Shown here one piece after another: positions 36,019 through 44,116 of a DNA stretch of 49,037 nucleotides. The stretch is from assembly GCA_027053005.1 (NCBI GenBank), contig JALUEF010000073.1, positions 1 through 49,037 of the forward strand, written 5' to 3'. Made by a program: the position numbers and the translations under genes. The DNA comes from Anaerolineales bacterium. Lineage in GTDB: Bacteria; Chloroflexota; Anaerolineae; Anaerolineales; Villigracilaceae. The first letter of the stretch is position 1. Every line of letters begins with the position of its first letter. The notes beneath the pieces were generated by a model. The model saw only the letters and a program-made list of their open reading frames with translations. It had not been told where the DNA came from and did not search any database.

Positions 36019-36051
36019 CCGGCCGCGCGTTTCGGCGCGGCCGGTTTTCTT
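36019..36051 (+). terminator. intrinsic terminator
   Basis: Perfect 10-bp GC stem ccggccgcgc(36019-28)/gcgcggccgg(36035-44), 6-nt loop, then 'ttttctt'. Confidence 0.7.
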
Positions 36052-36072
36052 CCCCTTGACAAAGGAGACCCC

Positions 36073-36681
36073 ATGAAAAAACGCGCGCTGACCCGCTTTC
36101 TGGTCACCGTAGCGGCGATCGGTCTGCTGGCGCTCTTCGGGCCGGAGGAGAAATCGCTGGGGGCCAACGTGCGGATCGTGTACCTGCACGGAGCCTGGGT
36201 GCTGACCGCCGAGATCGCCTTCATCGCCGCCGCAGCGGCGGGGGCGCTCGGCCTCGTCCTGCGCCAGGAGCGTTTCCATCGCTGGTCGGCAGCCTTGGGG
36301 CGCACCGGGCTGGTCTTCTGGATCACTTACCTGCCGCTTTCTCTCTGGGCCATGGAGGCCAACTGGAACGGTCTCTTTCTTGCAGAACCGCGCTTCCGCC
36401 TGGCGCTGACGTTCGCCATCGTCGGTTTGTTGCTGCAAGCGGGGCTTTGGCTGCTTGCCACCCCCTGGCTTACCTCGCTCGCCAATATCCTTTTCATTCT
36501 GACGCTGCGTTACGTCTTTGCGCAGGCGCAAAATGTGATGCACCCGCCTCCCTCGCCCATTTTCAAAAGCGGCTTGTGGTCTGTCATCGCCTTTTTTCTG
36601 ACGCTCAACGCGCTCACAATGCTGTCCGCCTGGTTCATGAACCGCTGGTGGTTGGCCTGGGATGGTCCAGCGCATGAATAA
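36073..36681 (+). CDS. hypothetical 6-TM membrane protein
   Basis: ATG follows 'aaggagacccc'. About six hydrophobic helices. No family recognised. Confidence 0.6.
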   Translation: MKKRALTRFLVTVAAIGLLALFGPEEKSLGANVRIVYLHGAWVLTAEIAFIAAAAAGALGLVLRQERFHRWSAALGRTGLVFWITYLPLSLWAMEANWNGLFLAEPRFRLALTFAIVGLLLQAGLWLLATPWLTSLANILFILTLRYVFAQAQNVMHPPPSPIFKSGLWSVIAFFLTLNALTMLSAWFMNRWWLAWDGPAHE

Positions 36682-37840
36682 AAAATGCTGGTCTTTGCTG
36701 GCCTTGCTGGCCGGCATCCGCACCCTGTTCAACACTGGCTACCGCATGGTATACCCTTTCCTGGGGACGTTTGCCCGGGCGCTCGGCGTGCCGCTGGAAG
36801 ACATGGTTTGGGTGCTCAGCGCCCGCTCCCTGGTCGGCGCTGCCCTGGCGCCCTTCCTTTCCCGCGTTGCCGATACCCGCGGGCAGCGCGTCGGCATGGT
36901 GCTGGGGTTGGGCATGTTCGCCCTGAGCATGAGCTGGGTGGTCTTTTGGCCGACATTCTGGTCGCTGGCGGCGGCGCTGATCACCGGCACCGTGGCCAAA
37001 TACACCTTTGCCCCGGCCATGCAAGCCTATCTTGGCGAGCGCGTCCCCTACGATCAGCGCGGGCTGGCCCTTTCTGTCACCGAATTAGGATGGTCGCTGG
37101 CGTTCATCGGCGGCGTGCCGCTGGTGGGTTTTCTCATTGCCCGCTGGGGGTGGCTATCTCCCTTCCCGTTGTTGGGCGGTCTGGCCTTTCTGGCATTGCT
37201 CTTGCTCTGGCGCACCTTGCCCAAAGAATCTCCCGCGACGGTGAAAACCCGCCGCCAGGGCAAGGCGGGTTTTGTCGCTGTGCTGACTTCTCCCGTGGCG
37301 CTGGCCGGGCTTTCCGTCGGCTTTCTCGCCAGCAGCGCCAACGAGGTCGTCAACCTTCTTTTGGGCGTCTGGCTGGAGGATGCCTTTGGCCTGCAAATCG
37401 CGGCGCTGGGCGCGGCCTCTGCCGTCATTGGCCTTTCGGAACTGGGCGGCGAGGGCCTGGTGGCGGCGTTCTCCGATCGCATGGGGAAAAAGCGGGCCGT
37501 TGCCCTGGGACTGGGTGGAAACATCCTGGCCGCGCTCCTGCTTCCCTGGCTGGGCCGCAGCGTAGTTGGCGCGCTGCTCGGGTTGTTTCTCTTTTACATT
37601 ACCTTTGAATTCACCCTTGTGTCCAGCATCCCGCTGATGACGGAATTACTGCCACAGGCGCGTGCTACCCTGATGGCCTTCAACGTTACCATGCTCTCCC
37701 TCGGGCGGGCTCTTGGCGCGCCTATGGGAACGTTTCTGTATCGTTATGGGTTTCCAACGGTGGTGTTAGGCGCGGTTGCCCTCAACGGGTTGGCCTTGCT
37801 GACGCTCCGTCAGGTAAAAGAAGAACAGGCCGCCCGTTGA
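36674..37840 (+). CDS. MFS transporter
   Basis: About 12 hydrophobic helices. 'YRMVYPFLGTFARALG' and 'RVADTRGQR' look like MFS loop motifs. The start could be 36662 or 36674. Confidence 0.8.
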   Translation: MNKKCWSLLALLAGIRTLFNTGYRMVYPFLGTFARALGVPLEDMVWVLSARSLVGAALAPFLSRVADTRGQRVGMVLGLGMFALSMSWVVFWPTFWSLAAALITGTVAKYTFAPAMQAYLGERVPYDQRGLALSVTELGWSLAFIGGVPLVGFLIARWGWLSPFPLLGGLAFLALLLLWRTLPKESPATVKTRRQGKAGFVAVLTSPVALAGLSVGFLASSANEVVNLLLGVWLEDAFGLQIAALGAASAVIGLSELGGEGLVAAFSDRMGKKRAVALGLGGNILAALLLPWLGRSVVGALLGLFLFYITFEFTLVSSIPLMTELLPQARATLMAFNVTMLSLGRALGAPMGTFLYRYGFPTVVLGAVALNGLALLTLRQVKEEQAAR

Positions 37841-37854
37841 CAGGCGGCCTGTTG
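37825..37854. terminator. hairpin between convergent genes (possible bidirectional terminator, no U-tract)
   Basis: Perfect 11-bp stem aacaggccgcc(37825-35)/ggcggcctgtt(37844-54) spanning the MFS stop codon. Confidence 0.35.
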
Positions 37855-37858
37855 GCCT

Positions 37859-38941
37859 TCAGGGGATGTATTCGCCGGGGGAACCAAAACGCACCAATTG
37901 CCAGTTGCGGATGTAATCCGGCTGCGTGGGATCGATGCGCTCAACGCTGAAGCATTCCGCCGGGATGAGCGGCAATCCGTCGGCGCCGTCGTCGTACACG
38001 CTTTTCAGGTATTTGGAGCCAATCCGCGGTGTGCCGTAAGTGGAGATCGGCATGCCTTGCATCGCCGTCCGCCCGCCAACATAGAGCACAACGACATCGT
38101 GGTAGAGGGCATCGGCCCGCATCCCATAGAAATGGTCGCCCAGGCGGATGTCTTCCGCAACGGTCAGGATCACCGTCCCTGGCGGGAAGTTGTAAGGCAT
38201 CCGGTAGGGGCGCGGCCCGTTCATGTACTGCGGCGGCAAGACAACGGCCACCCCTTGCGGCGGGATCTCGGTGCTGTTGAAGATCAGCCCTTCGCCGAAG
38301 GTCAAATCCGGGTTGCGCTGCGACCAGGCCACCAGGCGCTGCCCACGATAATCGGAGTTGGGGCTGTAAATCCACATGTCGCTCACGTCCACCGGCACAT
38401 CGCCCATGTTGTACAGCTCGATGTACTGGTTATAGCGCTTGAAATCATCGCCGCCGCACACGTTGATCATCACCTCGCTGATGATGACCTGCCCCAATTG
38501 GCCGGTGGGAGAGGCCACTGCCGTGGGAGATGCGGAGACAGCGGTCGGCGCAACAATGCGCACTTCGGAAACCGGCGTGGGCGTTGCTGCCGGTGCGACC
38601 ACCTCGCACTGCCGCTCAAACGTCCAGCGCTCATCATCCCGCGAGACAGTCACCCGCACGGTCACCATCCCTGGCTCGGGCGGCGCGGTAAATTCGGCTG
38701 TAACCCCCTCTTGCAGGCTCACCAACGCCCCAGCCGGGACGGAATTCCATTCGTATTTCAGGTTGCCCGGCGGCTGCGCCCCCTGCAAGCTAAAGGCAAT
38801 CGTCTCGCCCGGCTGCAGTTCGCATTCGTCCGGAAGGATTTTAAACGAGGGTTTGGGTGGGGGGGGCGTAAAAAGCCCGCAGCCGCTCAACACCAGGGCC
38901 GCCAGCGCAATGAAAGCGAGGATGCGTACCTTATTGTCCAT
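37859..38941 (-). CDS. lipoprotein with N-terminal Ig-like domain and C-terminal lamin-tail-domain (LTD)
   Basis: Lipobox 'LVLSGC'. PT-rich linker. 'VIISEVMINVCGGDDFKRYNQYIELYNMGDVPVDVSDMWI' is an LTD signature. Confidence 0.75.
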   Translation of the reverse strand: MDNKVRILAFIALAALVLSGCGLFTPPPPKPSFKILPDECELQPGETIAFSLQGAQPPGNLKYEWNSVPAGALVSLQEGVTAEFTAPPEPGMVTVRVTVSRDDERWTFERQCEVVAPAATPTPVSEVRIVAPTAVSASPTAVASPTGQLGQVIISEVMINVCGGDDFKRYNQYIELYNMGDVPVDVSDMWIYSPNSDYRGQRLVAWSQRNPDLTFGEGLIFNSTEIPPQGVAVVLPPQYMNGPRPYRMPYNFPPGTVILTVAEDIRLGDHFYGMRADALYHDVVVLYVGGRTAMQGMPISTYGTPRIGSKYLKSVYDDGADGLPLIPAECFSVERIDPTQPDYIRNWQLVRFGSPGEYIP

Positions 38942-39647
38942 TGTCTTCTACCTGTATGATCAGAGGGAAAAACGCTTTTTGAGAACAAAACTGTTGGCTG
39001 GCAACCAACGTCAAGACGCCTTGCCCGGGATGGCTGGCGGTGGACAGGGTGACGTTGCACCCCCGACTGACGTTGATGGAATCGAAGGCGTTGCCAGCCT
39101 GTTGCCATTCGCAGGTGATGGTCTTGCCTTCTTCCACTGGCGCAGCGATGATGGTGATCGACTGCCCGGAGGAGATGGTCACCGTATCGCCAGTGAAATA
39201 AGAAACATCGTTGATCGAGAACTTCACCGCCCCCGGCGCCTGGCAATACGGCAGCAAAAAGAAGCTCAACAGGACGACAACCCCAACGACGGCAAAGTGA
39301 AACCCCAGGGGCAAGGCCCGAAAATAAGCGCGCAACTTGGGGTTGGACAGAATTTTATCCAGCCCAACGTTCAGAAACCTGACCGAGGTGATGTCCACCA
39401 GGCGGCCAGCGGCAAACACCGCGCTGGTCAACCCCAGGGAGACCACCAGCATCGCCAATCGCGGGTATATGCTGCCGTTGATCAAATCGACGATGGGTTT
39501 CAACCGCTCCGGAATGGCCTGGAAGAACATGGCCATGACGATCACAGCCCAGGCCAGCAAATACATCCCCAATCCACGCGCCAGGTCGCCCCAGGAAAAA
39601 ACGGGGTCTTGAGGAGATGGCTTGGGTTGGTCATTTTGTTTGTTCAT
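38931..39647 (-). CDS. membrane protein (about 4 TM) with C-terminal Ig-like domain
   Basis: RBS AGGAG. TM helices, then 'AVKFSINDVSYFTGDTVTISSGQSITIIAAPVEEGKTITCEWQQAG...'. Overlaps the downstream LTD gene by 11 nt. Confidence 0.6.
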   Translation of the reverse strand: MNKQNDQPKPSPQDPVFSWGDLARGLGMYLLAWAVIVMAMFFQAIPERLKPIVDLINGSIYPRLAMLVVSLGLTSAVFAAGRLVDITSVRFLNVGLDKILSNPKLRAYFRALPLGFHFAVVGVVVLLSFFLLPYCQAPGAVKFSINDVSYFTGDTVTISSGQSITIIAAPVEEGKTITCEWQQAGNAFDSINVSRGCNVTLSTASHPGQGVLTLVASQQFCSQKAFFPLIIQVEDNGQ

Positions 39648-39740
39648 GGTGTCACACTCCTATTCGGCAAATTATACGAAGCTTCTGCCTTTCCCCACCT
39701 TACAAAAAACCAACGGATGACTAACAAATCTGTTCAATGC

Positions 39741-39778
39741 CGCAAAACGGCAACGAGCGCCCAAAGCAGGGCGCTCGC
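39741..39778 (-). terminator. intrinsic terminator after ctaB
   Basis: Perfect 9-bp stem (39754-62 / 39769-77). On the minus strand it is followed by 'ttgccgttttgc'. Confidence 0.55.
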
Positions 39779-39814
39779 CTGAAAAACCGCCTTTGCCGCG
39801 ATTGGCCGGCTCGT

Positions 39815-40669
39815 TTACAGAGAGAGGAGCAACATGGTGCTGAACATATACAGCGAGGCATATTTGAACAGCCCGAAGTTCACCCGCTCCGAGGGGCGCA
39901 CCAGGCTGAGCACCGCCAGCACCAGCAATCCCAGGGAAAGCAAAGCAATGAGCTGCAAATACCCCCAGGCCGTTCCCAGTTGCCAGGCGATGCCGCCGAT
40001 GACTGCCGCGGCCAGCACACTGGCAACGGCGATGATCCAGCGGGTCGTTGTCTCGCCATAGGTTGAAGGGAAGGTCGGCACGCCGGCCCGACTGTAGTCA
40101 ACGCCATAGCGCAAGCTGAAGGTGAGGATGTGCGTCGGGATCCACAATAAGATCGACAGAGCCAGCAACAACCCGACTGCATCGATCGCTCCCACGCCCA
40201 GCACGCGCCCCGCCAGGATCGGCATCCCGCCGGAAACACCGCCCCAGACGATCGACCAGCAGGTGCGACGCTTCAGCCAGATGGTGTAAACCACCACATC
40301 GAAGAACAAACCGGCAAAGACGACCAAGCCATACAGCGGATCCATCCATACCGCCAGGCCAACGCCTAACAGCGAGAGGACCAGCCCCAGGCGCAGAGCC
40401 TCATTTGGCGGCAGTTCTCCACTGGGCAGGGGACGCCGCGAGGTGCGCGCCATGCAGGCGTCGATGTCCCGGTCGTACCACATATTGAGCACCGTGCTGC
40501 CACTGATCGCCAGCAGCAGGCTGAGGCTCAACCCCAGCAGCGTGCGCCAGTGCGTCACCGGGCAGCGGGCGGTAAAGTATCCGGCCAGGCCGGTCAACAA
40601 CAACAACGCCGTTTGCATACTTTTGATCAGCGGCCAATAAAGCCGGATTTTCTTGCGCAAGACTTGCAT
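39815..40669 (-). CDS. ctaB: protoheme IX farnesyltransferase (heme O synthase)
   Basis: ATG 40669 follows GAGGAGGAAGG. UbiA motif 'NMWYDRDIDACMARTSRRPLPSG'. About 8-9 TM. Confidence 0.9.
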   Translation of the reverse strand: MQVLRKKIRLYWPLIKSMQTALLLLTGLAGYFTARCPVTHWRTLLGLSLSLLLAISGSTVLNMWYDRDIDACMARTSRRPLPSGELPPNEALRLGLVLSLLGVGLAVWMDPLYGLVVFAGLFFDVVVYTIWLKRRTCWSIVWGGVSGGMPILAGRVLGVGAIDAVGLLLALSILLWIPTHILTFSLRYGVDYSRAGVPTFPSTYGETTTRWIIAVASVLAAAVIGGIAWQLGTAWGYLQLIALLSLGLLVLAVLSLVRPSERVNFGLFKYASLYMFSTMLLLSL

Positions 40670-40697
40670 GGCGACCTTCCTCCTCTTTTTGGCGGCT

Positions 40698-41687
40698 TCA
40701 GGGTTGAGCATCACGCGCGCAACGGAAGCCGACATCCGGCGCGTAATACTCCGGCCCGGCCATGTTGAACTTCCAGACGCGCAGGTCCACTTCATACGAA
40801 TAGTAGCTGCCACCGCGCAAGTTGCGGTAATGCATGTCGGCGAAATCGTCTCCTATCCATTGCCAGACATTGCCAGCCATATCATACAGGCCGTAAGGGC
40901 TGGGAGAATCAAGCGTCTCATACCCGTCGTAGGTTCGCCCATTGTAAAAACCGACCGGCGTCGTATTCCCCAGTTTGCCGAACATGCGCTCGAAAAGGTC
41001 GAAGGACGAATAGTAGTTGGCGTTGTTGGGCGCGATCTCATCTCCCCAGGGGAAGGGACGGCCATGCCCTTCTTCATCGATTTCCACACCGCGGGCCGCC
41101 TTCTCCCATTCGGCATCCAGCGGCAGCCGCCAACCGTAAAACTCGCAGTAGGCATTGGCGCCAAACCAAGAAACCATCGTCATCGGGTGGTTGGCATACT
41201 CAGGGATCGGCGCAAAGGTCTCGCCGTCGAAGGTCAGGCGCAAGGGCGCCTCCTCCAGCGGAATGTATAGTTTCACCCCGGGTTCAATCCGCATTTCGTG
41301 ATCGTACCCATCAAAGGGGTCGCCGGGATAATACCCGCCCACGCCTTCCACCGTGCGGAGGGCCACATACTCATCGTCTTCCACGTTGAAGCCGGAATCG
41401 ACCTCAATGGCCCCGATGGTCAAAACGCCAGCGGCCAGCGCCTCGTTCAAAAAGCGGGCATATTGCGCCACCGTCACATCGGTGACCATGATCTCATAAT
41501 CGTAAGGCAGGTCGCGGAGGGCATCGTGCTGCCCGTAGGGGAAGGGGCCGGCCGGGACCAGCGCCCAGGCCTCCGGGTCTATGCCCGTATCAATGTACGG
41601 CGGCGTTATGGCGCCCACTTCCGGGGCGGAAGAACAACCGCTCAACACCAGCAGCGCAACCAGCATCGCCAGAAACAGACGTTTCAT
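40698..41687 (-). CDS. FGE/SUMF1-domain (formylglycine-generating-enzyme family) lipoprotein
   Basis: Lipobox 'LLVLSGC'. 'PMTMVSWFGANAYCEFYGWRLPLDAEWEKAARG', 'GNVWQWIGDDF', 'LRGGSYY' and 'GFRCARD'. The ATG overlaps the upstream stop (ATGA). Confidence 0.85.
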   Translation of the reverse strand: MKRLFLAMLVALLVLSGCSSAPEVGAITPPYIDTGIDPEAWALVPAGPFPYGQHDALRDLPYDYEIMVTDVTVAQYARFLNEALAAGVLTIGAIEVDSGFNVEDDEYVALRTVEGVGGYYPGDPFDGYDHEMRIEPGVKLYIPLEEAPLRLTFDGETFAPIPEYANHPMTMVSWFGANAYCEFYGWRLPLDAEWEKAARGVEIDEEGHGRPFPWGDEIAPNNANYYSSFDLFERMFGKLGNTTPVGFYNGRTYDGYETLDSPSPYGLYDMAGNVWQWIGDDFADMHYRNLRGGSYYSYEVDLRVWKFNMAGPEYYAPDVGFRCARDAQP

Positions 41688-43225
41688 TTTTCGGCCTCCT
41701 TGAGGATGGCCTGAATTTCTTCCAGGCGCTGTTTTTGATCTTCCAGTTCGGCTTGCAACGACGCTTTTTGTTCCAGCGTCAATTCCTGGCTCCAGGCGCC
41801 CTGTTCCAGGAACAAGTCCACCAATCGCCAAATCATGACCAGGGCCAACACAATGAGCACGGTGGCCAGGCCAAAATCCATCAGCAGCATGGTCCAGTTG
41901 ACCACATTCTGCTGCGCCGCAGCGCTGACGAACAGCCGCTTCATCGAGAAGACCGTCGCCGAGGCAAAGGCCAGGTCGGAACAAAGGATGATCGTCCAGC
42001 CAACGATCTGCCGTTTACGTCCCTTCAGGCCGGCCAGGTCGAGGTAATAGAACAGGATAATGGTGGCGATCAGCGCCGAGAGGATGTGCCAGTGCCCGGT
42101 CAGGGTGATGCGTTCTTCGCGCAGCGGCCACACCCGAAAGATATCCTCCAATTTGACCGCCATGAAAATCCCCACGCCGCTGACGGTGAAATTCATGAAC
42201 ACCATTTGCCAGCCAGAGCCAAACTTGAGCGGATCGTGGAAGAGCGCGCGCAGCTTCTGCCCCAGCGTGGGGTTGGCAATGCCTTCCTCGGCCAGCCGTT
42301 CACGAATGAGCACACCCCAAGAGTAGATGACATAAAAGAGCGCCGCCAGCATTACAAAGACGGACCCCACATAAACGATGGCATGTGCCCATTCCAGCCA
42401 GACGACCGACAAAGCGCCAGCCGTCATGGTGATGGTGCCGCTGATCATCAGCCACATGGCCCAGGTGTGCAGCCGGCCTTTGAAATCCAGCCAGCGGCCC
42501 ACAATCAGGGTGATGCCCACCGCCAGCAAGGCAACCATGATGTGCAAGTGCCCGATGACCGCCTTTTGCAAAGCCGTCTTGTGCGGAATGCGGATCAGGT
42601 CTTCTGCCAGGAAGGTTTCATGGCCGTTCGACCAATACGAACCCGTGACCGCGCCCCAGGTGGCAGAAACCAGCAAGGCAATGGCCATGGTGAAAAAGGC
42701 CGCGCGCTCCAGATCTACCCCGCTGCGGGTGTGTGCATAGGGAGAATTCGCCGGCAGGCGATATTCCTTGCGCCAGGGCCACAAGGCCAGCGCCAACAAA
42801 ATGCCAGCGAAAAAGATCAGCGTCAACCCCACCAGGTAGAGACCATGAAAGGCAAAATTGCGTCCAAAATAGGCAAACCCCAGGCCAAAGAACATGGTGG
42901 TGATGTAACCCACAGTGATGATGCCGTTGATGGTCAGGCGTTCGCGCTGCTTCATCTTCACCAGGTGGGTGGTAAAGTAAACTTCAATGGCAACGACGGC
43001 CATCGCAATGGTGTGATACAGCATGATAATGCGGCCTTCGCGCTCCGCCTGCACCAAACGCATGTTCAACAGGCGGACGGTGATATCGCGCACACCCCAT
43101 TCGACCATTGGGCCGGACAGCGTCCCCCAGATGGCCGTCACCAGCGAGATCAAGGCAATTGCAACCAGGGTCAGGCCGCGCGTGGAACCAAAAAGGTATT
43201 GCCAGCGTTTTTTCAAAGCGTCCAT
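41684..43225 (-). CDS. about 12-TM histidine-rich integral membrane protein with C-terminal coiled coil; family not recognised (HCO/NnrS-like His pattern)
   Basis: ATG 43225 lies 6 nt after GGAG. Twelve hydrophobic segments by eye. TM-embedded His in 'LYHTIAM', 'FAFHGLYL', 'IGHLHIMVA', 'RLHTWAM', 'WAHAIVY' and 'TGHWHILSA'. Tail 'LEQKASLQAELEDQKQRLEEIQAILKEAEK'. Confidence 0.7.
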   Translation of the reverse strand: MDALKKRWQYLFGSTRGLTLVAIALISLVTAIWGTLSGPMVEWGVRDITVRLLNMRLVQAEREGRIIMLYHTIAMAVVAIEVYFTTHLVKMKQRERLTINGIITVGYITTMFFGLGFAYFGRNFAFHGLYLVGLTLIFFAGILLALALWPWRKEYRLPANSPYAHTRSGVDLERAAFFTMAIALLVSATWGAVTGSYWSNGHETFLAEDLIRIPHKTALQKAVIGHLHIMVALLAVGITLIVGRWLDFKGRLHTWAMWLMISGTITMTAGALSVVWLEWAHAIVYVGSVFVMLAALFYVIYSWGVLIRERLAEEGIANPTLGQKLRALFHDPLKFGSGWQMVFMNFTVSGVGIFMAVKLEDIFRVWPLREERITLTGHWHILSALIATIILFYYLDLAGLKGRKRQIVGWTIILCSDLAFASATVFSMKRLFVSAAAQQNVVNWTMLLMDFGLATVLIVLALVMIWRLVDLFLEQGAWSQELTLEQKASLQAELEDQKQRLEEIQAILKEAEK

Positions 43226-43292
43226 CGTCAACTCCTGTCACCGGACAGGGGGGCGCGCCGCAGCGCGCCGCCCCGTCAGGACACACACATGG

Positions 43293-43916
43293 TCAGGCGT
43301 CCAGCTCCCGGGTGAAACCGACAGCAAAAGCCAGCGTCATCAAAAACAGCAAGGGGGCCAGGATCATCAAAATGAACTCGCCCGTGAAAATGCCGAACAA
43401 CGGTCGGCCGGCTTTGTAAAAGGCCAGGGCAATGCCGCCGATGCCAATCAGCCCGCCGCCGACGCCCACCAGGCCAAAGCCTTTGGGCGCGCTCTTTTTC
43501 ACCAGGCAGAGATACAACGGCAAGCCAAAAATGATCAGCCCCGCCACCCCGTGGAAGAGGGGCACGGCCACGCTTTTGAAGGCCAGCCCGTTGATGCTCG
43601 AAACCGCGATCGCCAGCAAGCCAAAGAGCGCAAACCAGGCGTAATACTTTTTATAGGCCCGCAGGTACTGGTTCATCAGCCCCAGGGAGATGCCCAGCGG
43701 GATAAGCGTTGCCACGGTGAGCACATACGGCGAGTCCAACAACCCCCAGCCGCCAAAGATTAGCAGGACGCCAGAGACCAGCAGCACAACGAAACCCAGG
43801 GCATAGTACGCATCGTACAACCCCTGTTCGCGGCGGTAACGCCCGATGAAACGCCATGCCAGGTAGGCCGCAAGCAATCCAGTCAGCAACAGGACAACTT
43901 GATCGAAGAGTTTCAT
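43293..43916 (-). CDS. hypothetical 207-aa polytopic membrane protein
   Basis: ATG 43916 lies 6 nt after AAGGAG. About six hydrophobic helices and a Gly-rich stretch 'GLVGVGGGLIGIGGIALA'. Confidence 0.65.
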   Translation of the reverse strand: MKLFDQVVLLLTGLLAAYLAWRFIGRYRREQGLYDAYYALGFVVLLVSGVLLIFGGWGLLDSPYVLTVATLIPLGISLGLMNQYLRAYKKYYAWFALFGLLAIAVSSINGLAFKSVAVPLFHGVAGLIIFGLPLYLCLVKKSAPKGFGLVGVGGGLIGIGGIALAFYKAGRPLFGIFTGEFILMILAPLLFLMTLAFAVGFTRELDA

Positions 43917-43957
43917 TTTTCGCTCCTTACTAAAAGTGGGTACACAAGAGGCCTTAT

Positions 43958-43973
43958 TGTGCATTCGTGCACA
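43958..43973. promoter_or_regulatory. perfect CRP-format palindrome TGTGC-N6-GCACA (candidate Crp-family operator or 5'-UTR hairpin)
   Basis: 'attgtgcattcgtgcacaat' has perfect 8-bp arms (43956-43975). It lies 42-57 nt upstream of ATG 43916 in the AT-rich gap. Confidence 0.45.
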
Positions 43974-44035
43974 ATACCTGGGATCAATATAGCATTATTT
44001 TTCTACAAAGTCCATAAACTTTGTAAGGTCAACAA

Positions 44036-44051
44036 TGTGAATATTGTCACG
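44036..44051. promoter_or_regulatory. CRP-consensus-like site TGTGA-N6-TCACG
   Basis: 'TGTGAatattgTCACg' matches 9 of the 10 half-site positions of TGTGA-N6-TCACA. It is 78 bp from the palindrome at 43958-43973, in the same intergenic gap. Confidence 0.45.
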
Positions 44052-44116
44052 TTCATCGGGCAAAAAAGGGGAGGCAACGCCCGCTGAGGAGCGTAGCAGG
44101 CGCTGCCGCGCCGTTT

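Noticed and set aside
36073-36681. 202-aa membrane protein considered as a CcmC/CcsA-type heme-handling protein
   Set aside because: There is no WWD/W-rich motif and no conserved His pair in the expected loops. Only a vague 'W..NW' string is present.
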